Below are positions 63,867 through 64,000 of a DNA stretch of 64,000 bases, in pieces. Source of the DNA: Candidatus Saccharimonadales bacterium (lineage in GTDB: Bacteria > Patescibacteriota > Saccharimonadia > Saccharimonadales > JAXHNE01). Where the stretch lies: contig JBFIJL010000003.1 in the NCBI GenBank assembly GCA_041600755.1, positions 36,678 to 100,677 on the forward strand, written 5' to 3'. The translations under genes and the position numbers were made by a program. The notes below the pieces were generated by a model. It worked only from the letters and a program-made list of their open reading frames with translations, searched no databases and was not told where the DNA came from. Positions within the stretch are counted from its first letter, which is position 1; each line of letters starts with the position of its first letter.

Positions 63867-64000
63867 TACAGCGATGTTCCCATTCCGCGCAACCTTCGAA
63901 CGCGTTCTTCTACAGGCGGATGTGTGCTAAACAAACCCGAAAAACTAGACTTTTTTAGTGGATTTGCAAAAAACAAGTGAGCAGTTGAAGCGTTCTGCTT
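63866..64000 (-). CDS. htpX: M48-family protease HtpX, C-terminal fragment (gene continues beyond the window)
   Basis: Manual translation ends ...[36 protein letters not shown]. The STHPP-x-x-x-R-(I/V)-x-x-L ending is typical of HtpX. Confidence 0.6.
   Translation of the reverse strand, partial: KQNASTAHLFFANPLKKSSFSGLFSTHPPVEERVRRLRGMGTSL

Overview
This 64-kb window is densely coded, with about 65 protein genes, 2 tRNAs and very short intergenic gaps. It uses the standard genetic code, since TGA acts as a stop in several ATGA stop/start overlaps. The content is core chromosome of a small-genome, monoderm-type bacterium. The gene mix and many orphan membrane proteins suggest a Saccharibacteria/CPR-like organism, but I could not run any search to confirm that.

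Gene blocks:
- 25-9814 (minus strand): a sugar-phosphate operon set with fba, a PfkB kinase, a 411-aa unknown, a LOG-like protein, split transketolase, an rpe-like gene, rpiB and gap.
- 9.9-14.3 kb: NUDIX, ppa, an FNR-like reductase, and a thiol-redox operon (nrdH-like, 83-aa unknown, trxB, marR).
- 14.3-20.6 kb: RND permease, ABC exporter and a DUF2207 protein.
- 20.6-24.5 kb: pheT, HIT and pheS.
- 24.6-34.6 kb: yajQ, a GH63-like hydrolase, NDH-2, rmuC, a Fur-family regulator, a thioredoxin/CcdA pair, and a CPA2/CNNM/CorA ion-transport cluster.
- 34.7-35.4 kb: tRNA-Gln, a structured region containing a tRNA-Gln-derived fragment, and a small zinc-ribbon protein.
- 40.2-45.7 kb: two very large beta-helix/jelly-roll surface proteins and a membrane protein.
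- 45.7-46.5 kb: nickel superoxide dismutase sodN with its protease sodX.
- 47.3-51.7 kb: trmD, KH protein, rpsP, rnc, NUDIX, nusB and rpmF (rpmF is missing from the ORF track).
- 52.4-64.0 kb: leuS, an aminotransferase, a C39-like peptidase, a murF-like ligase, two anchored ectoproteins, tRNA-Ala, ligA, a membrane protein and a partial htpX.

I saw no CRISPR array, integrase, transposase or recognisable defence system.

Most noteworthy observations:
- The two surface proteins share a C-terminal C-x3-FG-[IV]-C / TM / basic-tail motif.
- A perfect 15-bp hairpin sits inside the second surface gene's signal-peptide codons.
- The NiSOD Ni-hook has Met in place of the conserved Pro.
- A terminator-bracketed structured RNA candidate carries a tRNA-Gln-derived module.
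- An EamA transporter is split exactly at a U UUU UUA heptamer.
- The murF-like, C39-like peptidase and aminotransferase genes form one operon.
- Many genes show -10 box geometry that implies leaderless transcripts.

All functional calls rest on motifs I read in the translations and on family knowledge. No database search was run.
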